Made by a program: the position numbers and the translations under genes. This document shows positions 30,034-42,074 of a stretch of DNA of 63,589 nucleotides, piece after piece. Every line of letters begins with the position of its first letter. Within the stretch, counting starts at the first letter, position 1. This DNA is from Tubiluchus corallicola (taxonomy: Eukaryota; Animalia; Priapulida), in the NCBI GenBank assembly GCA_030141605.1, contig JAQGDQ010001092.1:1-63589 (forward strand), in the 5' to 3' direction. A model generated the notes under the pieces. The model was not told where the DNA came from, ran no database searches, and was given only the letters and a program-made list of their open reading frames with translations.

Positions 30034-30180
30034 GTACGCAAGTATTTTCGATACGGTCGCCGCTCAGCATCGTACGAGGCGCAGAGAAAAACTAAGAAAT
30101 TAATCAAAATCGGATTTATCGTTGGAGTAATATGCTGGGTGTTGTACCTCATTATAGTCATACTAAGGTTTCTTTTATAA
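30034..30180 (+). CDS. CD225/Dispanin last coding exon (VRKYFRYGRRSASYEAQRKTKKLIKIGFIVGVICWVLYLIIVILRFLL*)
   Basis: Acceptor ttcatttcttag; basic loop followed by a C-terminal TM helix as in CD225 proteins; TAA at 30178-30180. Confidence 0.95.
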   Translation, partial: VRKYFRYGRRSASYEAQRKTKKLIKIGFIVGVICWVLYLIIVILRFLL

Positions 30181-30231
30181 CAGTAAAGTTATGCATTGAG
30201 GAAGGTAAAATGTATACGCTACTAGTAGCTA

Positions 30232-31076
30232 GTCTATGGTTAAAATGATCACCAATTAATTCGGCCACCACCAGATGGCTCTAAATGTTACTTTCGCTAT
30301 CTAAATTCGCTATCTATCAGTGATGTCATAGACGTAGACGTTATTCATGGCTTGCAAAAACAGGCAGCAGATCAAACCTACTGCACAATTTTCATAAAAA
30401 GTGCCAACATTTTTGTTTAAAGCAAAGTAATGACATCACAAACTAACATAATTTTCAACAGCAAAAATATTCCATGAGCGTGTTTGTGAAAGACAAAATT
30501 GAAGTACAGTGCTACTCTAAGATATTCAGTGTATTGTACTAAAACTAGGCAAGTTTTAAGATAAAAATTCAAATTTCAAATTTACCACTGCACTCATGCA
30601 TGAGCTATCGAACGTGTGTAGTTCGTCACAAACTAATACATCTGAACTAAGAGGTACAGCACCTGTTTTTCTGTAATGCATTTCCGACATGCAGGCGCTG
30701 GTGCCCGTCTAACTAGCAAATGGCAAAATGCAATTACCAGTGAAGAACTAGTGATGCGAATGTGAAATTGCGTTTCTGTGGTAATAATTCCTTCTAGTAA
30801 GCCATTTTTGAAAAAAATAGCATGTTTCCTTTCAATATTTTAAAGAGTAGATTGTTTTGACCTGCAGTGTAAGATTGCGTCAGTTTTGCTTTAAACAAAA
30901 ATGTTGACACTTTTTGTAAAAATTGTGCAGTAGGTTTGACCTGCTGCCTGTTTTTGCAAGCCATGAATAACGTCTACATCTATGACATCACTGATATGTG
31001 AATTTAAATAGCGAAAATAACATTTAGCGCCATCTGGCGGTGGCCGAATTAATTGGTGGTCATTTTAACCATAGAC
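30232..31076. mobile_element. Foldback element (arms 30232-30416 and 30895-31076) with MITE family A (30421-30890) at its central TTAA
   Basis: About 185-bp inverted arms; TTAA at 30417-30420 and 30891-30894 flanks AGCAAA...TTTGCT. Confidence 0.9.
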
Positions 31077-31273
31077 ACGTTATTGTTCCTTGATCAGACG
31101 GGGAGTCTGTTGAAATAAAATTGTACAGTTATAGCAGCTTGTTAAGTAACTACTTAGGATTTAGTAATAATTTTTAGTGCAAAATAACATGTGTTTTGCT
31201 AATAATATTATAATAAATGTATCGTAAACTTGAAGGAAGGTTATTTTAATCTAGTTACAGGTAAATAATTTAA

Positions 31274-31822
31274 AGGCAGACCGAGCTATTGTTTAGACTC
31301 AATCTCAATTTAATTTACTGTCCAAAATATACATTTTCGTGCCTATAAAAGTTAACAATTGTTCCTTATATTTGAATAATTAGCTTAGAAAGTTAATTAA
31401 CGACAACCGAACACCTCTATTGCTTACGTCAGAAACTAACCACAGTTTGTGCAATGGCAGGCGTCTTCCCTTGCGCATCAAGCACGTTTACGTAAGTGTT
31501 ACAGTACTGTTTAAACGCATGATGTCACGAAAAATGGGCGCTATGTCATATGACGTCAGAAACTAACACAGCAGTTCATGATCATGGTTATCACGGTGCC
31601 GCCTTCTATTTCTCGGCCACATGAATGTGACAAAAAGGCGCCGTTGCGAATCATATTAGATTCACTGAGTCGCGCGTAGCTTTGAAAGTTTAAAGAAATT
31701 TGAGTGTCCGAGGTAATTATTGTTTAATCTAAGCTTTGATTTAAAATAAGCTATTTTAGTTTTCAATATTTTACAGCATTCTTTATTCTGAACTAATGTT
31801 TACACAACTATCCGTTTATCCT
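31274..31822. mobile_element. Kolobok-like MITE family B, copy 3
   Basis: TTAA|AGGCAGACCG...CCGTTTATCCT|TTAA; collinear with 28351-28802. Confidence 0.88.
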
Positions 31823-32212
31823 TTAAGTTACTTGTATTTACTTATTTTGATAATAATGCTGTATCCTTAAGCAATAATTTTGCAAAGTTTGTTAGCGTCA
31901 TTGTGAATAACAAGTTGATCTAAAAAATTGCATTGTTAATTAATTTCGGCACAGTACATATAATTGGTTAAAATGTTCCTCTTACATCTGTTATACAGAA
32001 TACCTTTCCTTGAGTAGTTAGTAGGCCTGCCATAATTTTATTAATTATAAGATATCAGAACGTAGGTATGTAATGATGTAAAACTATAGTGTCTTATGTA
32101 CAAAGTTATTAATCTGTGTTATTTATTATGTTAGCTTCAAAGGTGCTGTAAGTGTAATTATAATTTTAAGTTTTATAAACGATTTATCGCTATGTCTCTC
32201 TCCATCCCACAG

Positions 32213-32430
32213 GCATTTTTGGTGGTGAACATAGACTGAAATAAAGAAATTTTAACACAATTAGGAATATTCATGTGACCGAGTCGCTGCTAGTTTATTA
32301 TCTTTGTTACAATGTTTGATGAACTTACTGTACTTTGAATCAAATAAAAAACAATTTGTTCAAATTACTTGTGGATGTGTAACAAAAGTTGGCTTTGTTT
32401 AAACATTGTTATGCCAATAAAACACTTAGA
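32213..32430 (+). other. Possible non-coding 3'UTR exon of the Dispanin gene
   Basis: Donor AAG|GTAAAA at 30205; acceptor tctctctccatcccacag at 32212; AATAAA at about 32240, 32343 and 32417. Confidence 0.45.
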
Positions 32431-33109
32431 TTTTAACAGCTAAGAAATTGTGAATTATTTTGGTTACATGTCCTGCCTTTAACACAGGAAAAGCAATCGA
32501 ACTTTTTAACGTGTAAATATTAAGTTTATGCGATATATACAATAGAGTGAAGACTTATGAGATTAAACTGATATTTTGGTTTGCCAGACAAACGAGGGAA
32601 AACGTTGGTCCGAATTTGCTGATTATCCGTATTTACCAAGCTAATACAGTAGGCGCCATGTATTAGACTCACGGTAATGTAGAAACAATTGTATAATTGT
32701 CTCAAAAACGTCTAAGTACGGACCGCTCCTATGCAAAAGTATGTAAAAATTGACTCGAATAACTCCGCATATTTGAGCTTTTGCTATTTTTATGTTATCT
32801 TACTTCCCTTTCGTCCACTGCCGTCCTACACGCTGCTTGGCTACAGACGTAACGATGTAAACAAAATGACGCCCTGCCATCTAGCGGTCGGCTCGCAAAA
32901 CAACGGAATGTGTCCGTAATATGCGGACATAGTATAGTGTCCGTAGTAAACGGGTATAGTGGTGCAAATTTCATCGGATTCTTCCGATATCCGTAAAGAC
33001 GGGTTCGACAAACCGAGATATGAGTGCAGCTATTTATACCCTAGGATTGTACCTTTCTTTACCATTTTAGTTATGCGCAGAGTGCAAGATGTATCCTGCT
33101 TAATTTTTT

Positions 33110-33610
33110 TTAATTTTAATAGATTTATTTTCGCAATAAACATATACATATGCATTAAATGTGCACCGATAATCAGTATTTGTTAATACAAAGTTATGAT
33201 ACAATTCATGAATTCTGCACTAGAGACCTAAGAAGCTAGCTTATGATAGGCCACTAGATTAAGTTACAAAATAGAAAATTACAATATATTGCAACAAATC
33301 ATGATTGAGTGATCCAGTTATATGTTTCAAGTAAATTTAATTTATAATTTATTTTAAATGTGGACAGCAAGTTGGCATTTTTAATAGCTGGAGCAATTGA
33401 ATTCCATGTGTTAGGGCCATTTTGTATTTAATAGAAAATTTTCTAACATTTGTGTTGCACTGTATGTAGTGATAGTTAAGTCTATAAGGTGTAACGTAGA
33501 ATTATGTATCTCAGCATTCAAACAAAAATAGTCAGTAAATAAGGGTGGCAATAATTTGTGAGAGAATTTGTACATGAAAATGGCAGTTTGAAATTTATTA
33601 ATGTTCTAGA
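33110..33610 (-). mobile_element. Degenerate LINE 3' fragment
   Basis: Minus-strand remnants such as INKFQTAIFMYKFSHKLLPPLF and GPNTWNSI, typical of CR1/L2 ORF2 C-termini. Confidence 0.6.
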
Positions 33611-33719
33611 AGTCTGCTCGGAAAAGTTTTGTTTTTTGTTTCGTATAAGAGAAGGTGAGCAAAATGGTAACTTGTTGGCAAATCAATTAAACTGACTGGT
33701 TTGTAATGATTACTGATCT

Positions 33720-33920
33720 GGGTGGCATAGCTCAATGATAGCATACTAGCTTCCCACCCGGGTGGTTGTGGGTTCAACTCTCGACCGAGTCATGCCAAAG
33801 TCTTGAAAATCGGACTGCTGGTTCTTCAACCAATTCGGGATCTCCTTGGAAATAAGTATTGAGTTACTTAAGTTGTTATCCTTGGACTATGTCCTAAACG
33901 AAATTATAATTATTATCATC
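33720..33920 (+). mobile_element. tRNA-derived SINE
   Basis: Pol III A-box-like tagctcaatgat and B-box-like ggttcaactc in a tRNA-like head, followed by a non-tRNA body and an (att/atc)n tail. Confidence 0.65.
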
Positions 33921-35733
33921 CTGCAGTGTGTATGTCAATACAGATTGATCAAATGGAACTGTATAAAGAAATTTGAAAGAAAGAAAAAACAAAGAAAACT
34001 AAATCTATAGTAATGTTTGAGATAGAACATTTAATCTTTAACTACAGTATTTCTAAAACTTCTCTCCCCTACTCGTTAACAATCTAGTAAAGGTTAACAG
34101 CAGCTTCCAGTGTGATTTGTCCGGAAATGTCTAATTAATAATGAAATGTAGATGGCACTGCAATGACAAGTTAAAAACACATATAGCAAATGCTTCCACA
34201 GGCAACGTTGATAGATATCCGGCTAAGAAGCCAAGTTTCCTGTTCCAAAATGGATAAACACTTACTTAGTCTTTGAACAAGGTTGTAAATAATATTTTCA
34301 AATAATGCTGCTTCTATCTATACTCTTTCTTATTATAATTAGAAATTATTGCTCAAAACACTTTTAGCCGAAGCAATAGTATTAGGTATCACAGAATTAA
34401 TAACAGGTCGAACGATTCAACACAAAAAATGAAACATTAGCAAAATGGCATCACCATCAGTAACAAAAGTAAATTTCTCTGTTTACCTTATCAAAAGTGA
34501 ATAATTTAGATGAGATTTTAAAATATCAGCTGAAGACATTAGACTATAACAGTACTGTTGGTATTATAATCCTAGCAGCAGGATGTACGCCTTGACGTGC
34601 CACATTTTAGTCTGTAGGTACAACAGCAAGCTAATGATTATATAATAGTAAAATCTGCAGCAATAAAATTTATGCGATAATTAACAAGAAAAGGACGATT
34701 ATAAAAGAAATTTTGTCAAAATACTCTGTCCGTCAGAGCATGCACACGTACTGATGTCGCTTACAATCTCACCAACACGCGACGCTGTTTACAAAACATA
34801 AAGACCAGGTCTCTTATTTACAATCATATTTACACAGACTTGTGAAATTGAAAGTTCATGGGTTTGCGTGTCATCATGCTCACGGACAGAGTCAGACAAA
34901 ATAATGGACATAACGCTCATCATGGCTGGACTCAAGGTGGCTGCTATTATTTTGTGAAAAACAATTAATCACGAAAACGGTTATTCACCATAACAGTTAA
35001 TCGCGAAAACAGTTTTTCACCATAACAGTTAATCACGAAAACAGTTATTCACTATAACAGTTAATCATGATGGTTAATCACAAAAACCAAACATAGGTGG
35101 CAGCACCTGTACCATCTGAGCTCTACAGACGTCTAGGGCATGCACGCCACATATGCGAATGAACATACGGACGACTGTAACTACTCTAAAAATATGTCAA
35201 TCAAATCGTTGTTAGATCATAGCCATTGTCCATAGTCAATGCCCCCTAGCTAGTCAGACTTGCTTGGCTGGCATTCTTGTATACATTGCACCCAATGCAA
35301 ATATGGCTCCTCCAATGAAAACATCAAAGCCAGACAGAAAACCAAACCTAAAATTAAATACATTTTATTTGGTACAAAAAATTAAAACAATAATGTGAAT
35401 TGGGGGGATGATTCTCTATTAAAATTTGGCTTTAATTCTTATCAAATCTCAAAGAAGTTATTTATGTTTAGTTTCTTGACTTCGGTAAGAAGCAACGCTT
35501 GAAATTTGAGAAGCCAATTATTGTATCGATTTCACCTTCATACACCATGGAGTAACAACTCAGAACTTGTGTTTAAAGGTATAAGAAATTAAAATGATGC
35601 ATTACTATAATCCAAGGCTACATGACTTGTTAAAAGCGGCAAGTTTTGCAGTACAATAAAACATTTGCAGGAAGAGGAAGAAGTTCAAGGCACAATTGTA
35701 AGTTCGGGCATTTCTTTTAGTTGATGGGAAAAT

Positions 35734-35739
<6 letters not shown>

Positions 35740-35823
<84 letters not shown>
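35740..35823. repeat. (AGT)n microsatellite
   Basis: Direct reading. Confidence 0.95.
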
Positions 35824-36463
35824 CTCACCGTTTTTGGTTAAAGCTTTCTCTCATAATATGTTCATCTGCAGAAGTGCCTTTGTGGAGGATTGCTGGTGCG
35901 AACAATTTATACTGAAATTAGCAAACAGTTTTACCACTTTTGTCAGTTTAGAGGTAGATTTGCCAAGCAAATCTGCAAACTTACAAATAATTGTGGTTAT
36001 TAATATAGAGAAAACACTTTTCCTAACAAAATATTGAACGAAGAACAGAGCTGCATAAAATATTTTGCAAGAGCTAAGAATTCAAAACCAAAAGTGAAAA
36101 TAAACTCGAACATTTGTTTCCCCTAGCAAAATATAGACAGCTTGATATCTAATTAATTAAATGTGATCGGGACAGTTCGCGCAAATACTTCAAGACTGTC
36201 AATATCCACTGTTGTATTTTGGCTTAATTCATTTAGTTAATTAGTTATCACTCTTTGCTGGAATTGATAATGCTGATTTAGTGCATTCCACACACCTCCA
36301 ACAGGCTATAAGAACCAGGAGATAACTCAGTACAGTCAGTAGCTGGGGTAGCTTGAATGCCAGGCGTCTAATTTCGAGGCATTGATTGGTAAGTCAATTG
36401 ATGTTAATTTTGGCTTTTGTTATAGCTAGAAATTATTAGTATCAAAAAAGAGCAGCAGAAACA

Positions 36464-39400
36464 TTATAAGAAACTCACTGTGCTGACGAGACTATTGTCA
36501 CTTCCAAGACTGCCATTATGATAAGCAGTAAAAAGAAGCTCAGAGTTGCGTTTGTGAGCTGGATCATATCTCTGTTGCTTCAATGAGTTATGTCTGGTGT
36601 CGGCTTGCCTCTCAAGTGAGTCACGCCGCTCGTCGCGCCTGGTGTCGGCACGCCTCTCAAGTGAGTCTCGCCGCTCGTCGCGCCTGGTGTCGGCACGCCT
36701 CTCAAGGGAGTCACGCCGCTCGTCGCGCCTGGTGTCGGCACGCCTCTCAAGGGAGTCTCGCCGCTCGTCGCGCCTGGTGTCGGCACGCCTCTCAAGTGAG
36801 TCTCGCCGCTCGTCGCGCCTGGTTTCGGCACGCCTCTCAAGTGAGTCTCGCCGCTCGTCGCGCCTGGTGTCGGCACGCCTCTCAAGTGAGTCTCGCCGCT
36901 CGTCGCGCCTGGTGTCGGCACGCCTCTCAAGTGAGTCACGCCGCTCGTCGCGCCTGGTGTCGGCACGCCTCTCAAGGGAGTCTCGCCGCTCGTCGCGCCT
37001 GGTGTCGGCACGCCTCTCAAGGGAGTCTCGCCGCTCGTCGCGCCTGGTGTCGGCACGCCTCTCAAGGGAGTCACGCCGCTCGTCGCGCTTGGTGTCGGCA
37101 CGCCTCTCAAGGGAGTCACGCCGCTCGTCGCGCCTGGTGTCGGCACGCCTCTCAAGGGAGTCTCGCCGCTCGTCGCACCTGGTGTCGGCACGCCTCTCAA
37201 GGGAGTCTCGCCGCTCGTCGCGCCTTGTGTCGGCACGCCTCTCAAGTGAGTCTCGCCGCTCGTCGCGCCTAGTGTCGGTACGCCTCTCAAGGGAGTCACA
37301 CCGCTCGTCGCGCCTGGTGTCGGCACGCCTCTCAAGGGAGTCTCGCCGCTCGTCGCGCCTGGTGTCGGCACGCCTCTCAAGGGAGTCTCGCCGCTCGTCG
37401 CGCCTGGTGTCGGCACGCCTCTCAAGGGAGTCTCGCCGCTCGTCGCGCGTGGTGTCGGCACGCCTCTCAAGTGAGTCTCGCCGCTCGTCGCGCCTGGTGT
37501 CGGCACGCCTCTCAAGGGAGTCACGCCGCTCGTCGCGCCTGGTGTCGGCACGCCTCTCAAGGGAGTCACGCCGCTCGTCGCGCCTGGTGTCGGCACGCCT
37601 CTCAAGGGAGTCACGCCGCTCGTCGCGCCTGGTGTCGGCACGCCTCTCAAGGGAGTCTCGCCGCTCGTCGCGCCTGGTGTCGGCACGCCTCTCAAGGGAG
37701 TCTCGCCGCTCGTCGCGCCTGGTGTCGGCACGCCTCTCAAGGGAGTCTCGCCGCTCGTCGCGCCTGGTGTCGGCACGCCTCTCAAGGGAGTCTCGCCGCT
37801 CGTCGCGCCTGGTGTCGGCACGCCTCTCAAGTGAGTCTCGCCGCTCGTCGCGCCTGGTGTCGGCACGCCTCTCAAGTGAGTCTCGCCGCTCGTCGCGCCT
37901 GGTGTCAGCACGCCTCTCAAGGGAGTCACGCCGCTCGTCGCGCCTGGTGTCGGCACGCCTCTCAAGGGAGTCACGCCGCTCGTCGCGCCTGGTGTCGGCA
38001 CGCCTTTCAAGTGAGTCTCGCGCTCGTCGCGCCTGGTGTCGGCACGCCTCTCAAGTGAGTCTCGCCGCTCGTCGCTGGTGTGGGTTCAAGGAGTCCGCCG
38101 TCGTCGCGCCTGGTGTCGGCACGCCTCTCAAGGAGTCCGCCGCTCGTCGCGCCTGGTGTCGGCACGCCTCTCAAGTGAGTCCGCCGCTCGTCGCGCCTGG
38201 TGTCGGCACGCCTCTCAAGGGAGTCTCGCCGCTCGTCGCGCCTGGTGTCGGCACGCCTCTCAAGTGAGTCTCGCCGCTCGTCGCGCCTGGTGTCGGCACG
38301 CCTCTCAAGGGAGTCACGCCGCTCGTCGCGCCTGGTGTCGGCACGCCTCTCAAGGGAGTCGCCGCTCGTCGCGCCTGGTGTCGGCACGCCTCTCAAGGAG
38401 TCTCGCCGCTCGTCGCGCCTGGTGTCGGCACGCCTCTCAAGGGAGTCTCGCCGCTCGTCGCGCCTGGTGTCGGCACGCCTCTCAAGGGAGTCTCGCCGCT
38501 CGTCGCGCCTGGTGTCGGCACGCCTCTCAAGGGAGTCACGCCGCTCGTCGCGCCTGGTGTCGGCACGCCTCTCAAGGGAGTCTCGCCGCTCGTCGCGCCT
38601 GGTGTCGGCACGCCTCTCAAGGGAGTCTCGCCGCTCGTCGCGCCTTGTGTCGGCACGCCTCTCAAGTGAGTCTCGCCGCTCGTCGCGCCTGGTGTCGGTA
38701 CGCCTCTCAAGGGAGTCACGCCGCTCGTCGCGCCTGGTGTCGGCACGCCTCTCAAGGGAGTCTCGCCGCTCGTCGCGCCTGGTGTCGGCACGCCTCTCAA
38801 GGGAGTCTCGCCGCTCGTCGCGCCTGGTGTCGGCACGCCTCTCAAGGGAGTCTCGCCGCTCGTCGCGCCTGGTGTCGGCACGCCTCTCAAGTGAGTCTCG
38901 CCGCTCGTCGCGCCTGGTGTCGGCACGCCTCTCAAGGGAGTCACGCCGCTCGTCGCGCCTGGTGTCGGCACGCCTCTCAAGGGAGTCACGCCGCTCGTCG
39001 CGCCTGGTGTCGGCACGCCTCTCAAGGGAGTCTCGCCGCTCGTCGCGCCTGGTGTCGGCACGCCTCTCAAGGGAGTCTCGCCGCTCGTCGCGCCTGGTGT
39101 CGGCACGCCTCTCAAGGGAGTCTCGCCGCTCGTCGCGCCTGGTGTTGGCACGCCTCTCAAGTGAGTCTCGCCGCTCGTCGCGCCTGGTGTCGGCACGCCT
39201 CTCAAGTGAGTCTCGCCGCTCGTCGCGCCTGGTGTCGGCACGCCTCTCAAGTGAGTCTCGCCGCTCGTCGCGCCTGGTGTCAGCACGCCTCTCAAGGGAG
39301 TCACGCCGCTCGTCGCGCCTGGTGTCGGCATGCCTCTCAAGGGAGTCACGCCGCTCGTCGCGCCTGGTGTCGGCACGCCTTTCAAGTGAGTCTCGCCGCT

Positions 39401-40838
39401 CGTCGCGCCTGGTGTCGGCACGCCTCTCAAGTGAGTCTCGCCGCTCGTCGCGCCTGGTGTCGGCACGCCTCTCAAGTGAGTCTCGCCGCTCGTCGCGCCT
39501 GGTGTCGGCACGCCTCTCAAGGGAGTCACGCCGCTCGTCGCGCCTGGTGTCGGCACGCCTCTCAAGGGAGTCACGCCGCTCGTCGCGCCTGGTGTCGGCA
39601 CGCCTCTCAAGGGAGTCTCGCCGCTCGTCGCGCCTGGTGTCGGCACGCCTCTCAAGGGAGTCTCGCCGCTCGTCGCGCCTGGTGTCGGCACGCCTCTCAA
39701 GGGAGTCACGCCGCTCGTCGCGCCTGGTGTCGGCACGCCTCTCAAGGGAGTCTCGCCGCTCGTCGCGCCTGGTGTCGGCACGCCTCTCAAGGGAGTCTCG
39801 CCGCTCGTCGCGCCTGGTGTCGGCACGCCTCTCAAGGGAGTCTCGCCGCTCGTCGCGCCTGGTGTCGGCACGCCTCTCAAGGGAGTCTCGCCGCTCGTCG
39901 CGCCTGGTGTCGGCACGCCTCTCAAGTGAGTCTCGCCGCTCGTCGCGCCTGGTGTCGGCACGCCTCTCAAGTGAGTCTCGCCGCTCGTCGCGCCTGGTGT
40001 CGGCACGCCTCTCAAGGGAGTCTCGCCGCTCGTCGCGCCTGGTGTCGGCACGCCTCTCAAGGGAGTCTCGCCGCTCGTCGCGCCTGGTGTCGGCACGCCT
40101 CTCAAGGGAGTCTCGCCGCTCGTCGCGCCTGGTGTCGGCACGCCTCTCAAGGGAGTCTCGCCGCTCGTCGCGCCTGGTGTCGGCACGCCTCTCAAGTGAG
40201 TCTCGCCGCTCGTCGCGCCTGGTGTCGGCACGCCTCTCAAGGGAGTCTCGCCGCTCGTCGCGCCTGGTGTCGGCACGCCTCTCAAGGGAGTCACGCCGCT
40301 CGTCGCGCCTGGTGTCGGCACGCCTCTCAAGGGAGTCTCGCCGCTCGTCGCGCCTGGTGTCGGCACGCCTCTCAAGGGAGTCTCGCCGCTCGTCGCGCCT
40401 GGTGTCGGCACGCCTCTCAAGGGAGTCTCGCCGCTCGTCGCGCCTGGTGTCGGCACGCCTCTCAAGGGAGTCTCGCCGCTCGTCGCGCCTGGTGTCGGCA
40501 CGCCTCTCAAGGGAGTCTCGCCGCTCGTCGCGCCTGGTGTCGGCACGCCTCTCAAGGGAGTCACGCTGCTCGTCGCGCCTGGTGTCGGCACGCCTCTCAA
40601 GGGAGTCTCGCCGTTCTTGAAAAGAAGAAACTTTCATATTTTCATCATAGTAATGTTCCATTATGCTTTCTGCCTTGGAATTAGTGGAATAAAAGTCGGG
40701 ACTTATTGAAAACTTTTCTTTCATGACATCTTTTTCAAAAGTTAAGGTACGCCTTTGCTGCACTGCATCACCTTGCACAGTTCTGGCTAGAAAGAAGCTC
40801 AAAAATGCCAGGGTGAATAATTTTAGTGTTGCTGTCAT
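36464..40838 (-). CDS. Secreted Arg/Asp/Glu-rich tandem-repeat protein: signal peptide + about 50-aa unique segment + about 89x ERRDSLERRADTRRD + short unique C-terminus; indels at about 38020-38400
   Basis: Acceptor tttcatttttctgttacag directly before AAG ATG; MTATLKLFTLAFLSFFLARTVQG has signal-peptide layout; the unique sequence runs in frame into and out of the array (…RQADTRHNSLKQQRYDPAHKRNSELLFTAYHNGSLGSDNSLVSTVSFL*); common variants (CGA/CGT, TCC/TCA) are synonymous in this frame. Confidence 0.82.
36597..40615. repeat. 45-bp GC-rich coding tandem array (about 89 units)
   Basis: Unit ggtgtcggcacgcctctcaag(g/t)gagtc(t/a)cgccgctcgtcgcgcct. Confidence 0.98.
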
Positions 40839-40959
40839 CTTCTGTAACAGAAAAATGAAATTTCTCACAACTAAAATCACCAAATATTAACAGTTGTGAG
40901 AGAAATTAGAGAATGATGACAATAATATGACGATTATGATGATGTGACTATGACTATGT

Positions 40960-41074
40960 CATCATCATCATCATCGTTATCATCATCACTATCATCATCA
41001 TCATCATCATCATCATTATCATCACCATAATCACCATCATCGTCATCACCATCATCACCGTCACCCTCACCACC

Positions 41075-41105
<31 letters not shown>

Positions 41106-41257
41106 CCACCACCATCATCATCGTTATCATCATCACTAACATCACCATCATCGTCATCACCATCATCACCGTCACCATCACCATCATCATCATCATCATC
41201 ACCATCGTTATCATCATCACTATAATCACCATCATCATCATCATCATCACCATCATC
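40960..41257. repeat. (CAT/CAC)n trinucleotide tract in intron 1 of the repeat-protein gene
   Basis: Direct reading; source of the poly-D/poly-M ORFs. Confidence 0.95.
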
Positions 41258-41595
41258 CCACAAGCTTATGTGTTGAACACTGGTCAATGGCATGTGTGTT
41301 TTTATCATCATAGCGTCCACTCTGTCCTTCGGGAAAGGTCAAATGTGACTCGTGGAATTTGAAGGCCAATCAATTTTGTCGAAAAAATGGGTGCCAGAGT
41401 TTTGAGGTCACAGGTTCGATTCAAGATCGTTGGCTGTGTGAGATGCAGGAGGATCTCAATACACCAACTTGTCGTTTATTTACTTAAGAAACTTGGTAAT
41501 GCTCCATATGTAAACTTTTATCACATATATTGTCAATATATTTCATCAAGATAATTGCACACATAATTGATTACTAATAGCAACATTTCTTACAG

Positions 41596-42074
41596 AAACC
41601 TAGCCACTGGGGGGGGGGGGGGAACAAGCCAGCCCAACTCAGTGCCGGTCCCAAGCCCGGATAAATAGGGAGGGTTAGGGTCAGGAAGGGCATCTGCCTG
41701 TAAAAACTGCGCCAAAACCTTCTATGAGTGAGTCGGTGAGTGCAAAGAGGTGGTCAGACCCGCTCTAATCTATAGGCTGGAAGCAGCTTCTCTAAAGAAG
41801 ACCAAAGAGAAGGAAATGGGTATGAGGATGTTGAGATGGATGGTGGGAATAACAAGAAGAGATAAAATTAGAAATAATAATATCAGAGGAACGGTAAAAG
41901 TAGTGGAAGCCTCGCAAGATTACGATGGTAGGGACATCTGAAAAGAAGAGTCGGCGAAGATCATGTGGGAAGGGAAGACATAAATGAAGAGATGGTCAAC
42001 AATAGGAATGCGTGGAGAAGACTCATTCACAACGGCGACCCCGCATAGGGAAAAGCTGGGAAGAAGAAGAAGAG
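41596..42074 (+). mobile_element. Internally deleted (bipartite) RTE-clade retroposon
   Basis: RTE-type 5' motif gccggtcccaagcccggataaa; ORF C-terminal remnant VRPALIY...MRMLRWMVGITRRDKIRN; (GAA)n tail; 16-bp TSD gcaacatt(t/a)cttacag at 41580-41595 and 42075-42090. Confidence 0.88.

Noticed and set aside
33720-33792. Functional tRNA gene
   Set aside because: The A/B boxes are degenerate, there is no convincing acceptor stem or T-run terminator, and the sequence continues into a SINE-like body and tail.
36580-40684. Alternative-frame ORFs over the 45-bp array (GVPTPGATSGETPLR mucin-like, SARLSRESRR RS-rich, AARRAWCRH)
   Set aside because: They lack a start context, signal peptide and unique coding flanks, and the common variants are non-synonymous in them. 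They are shadow frames of a stop-free GC-rich unit.
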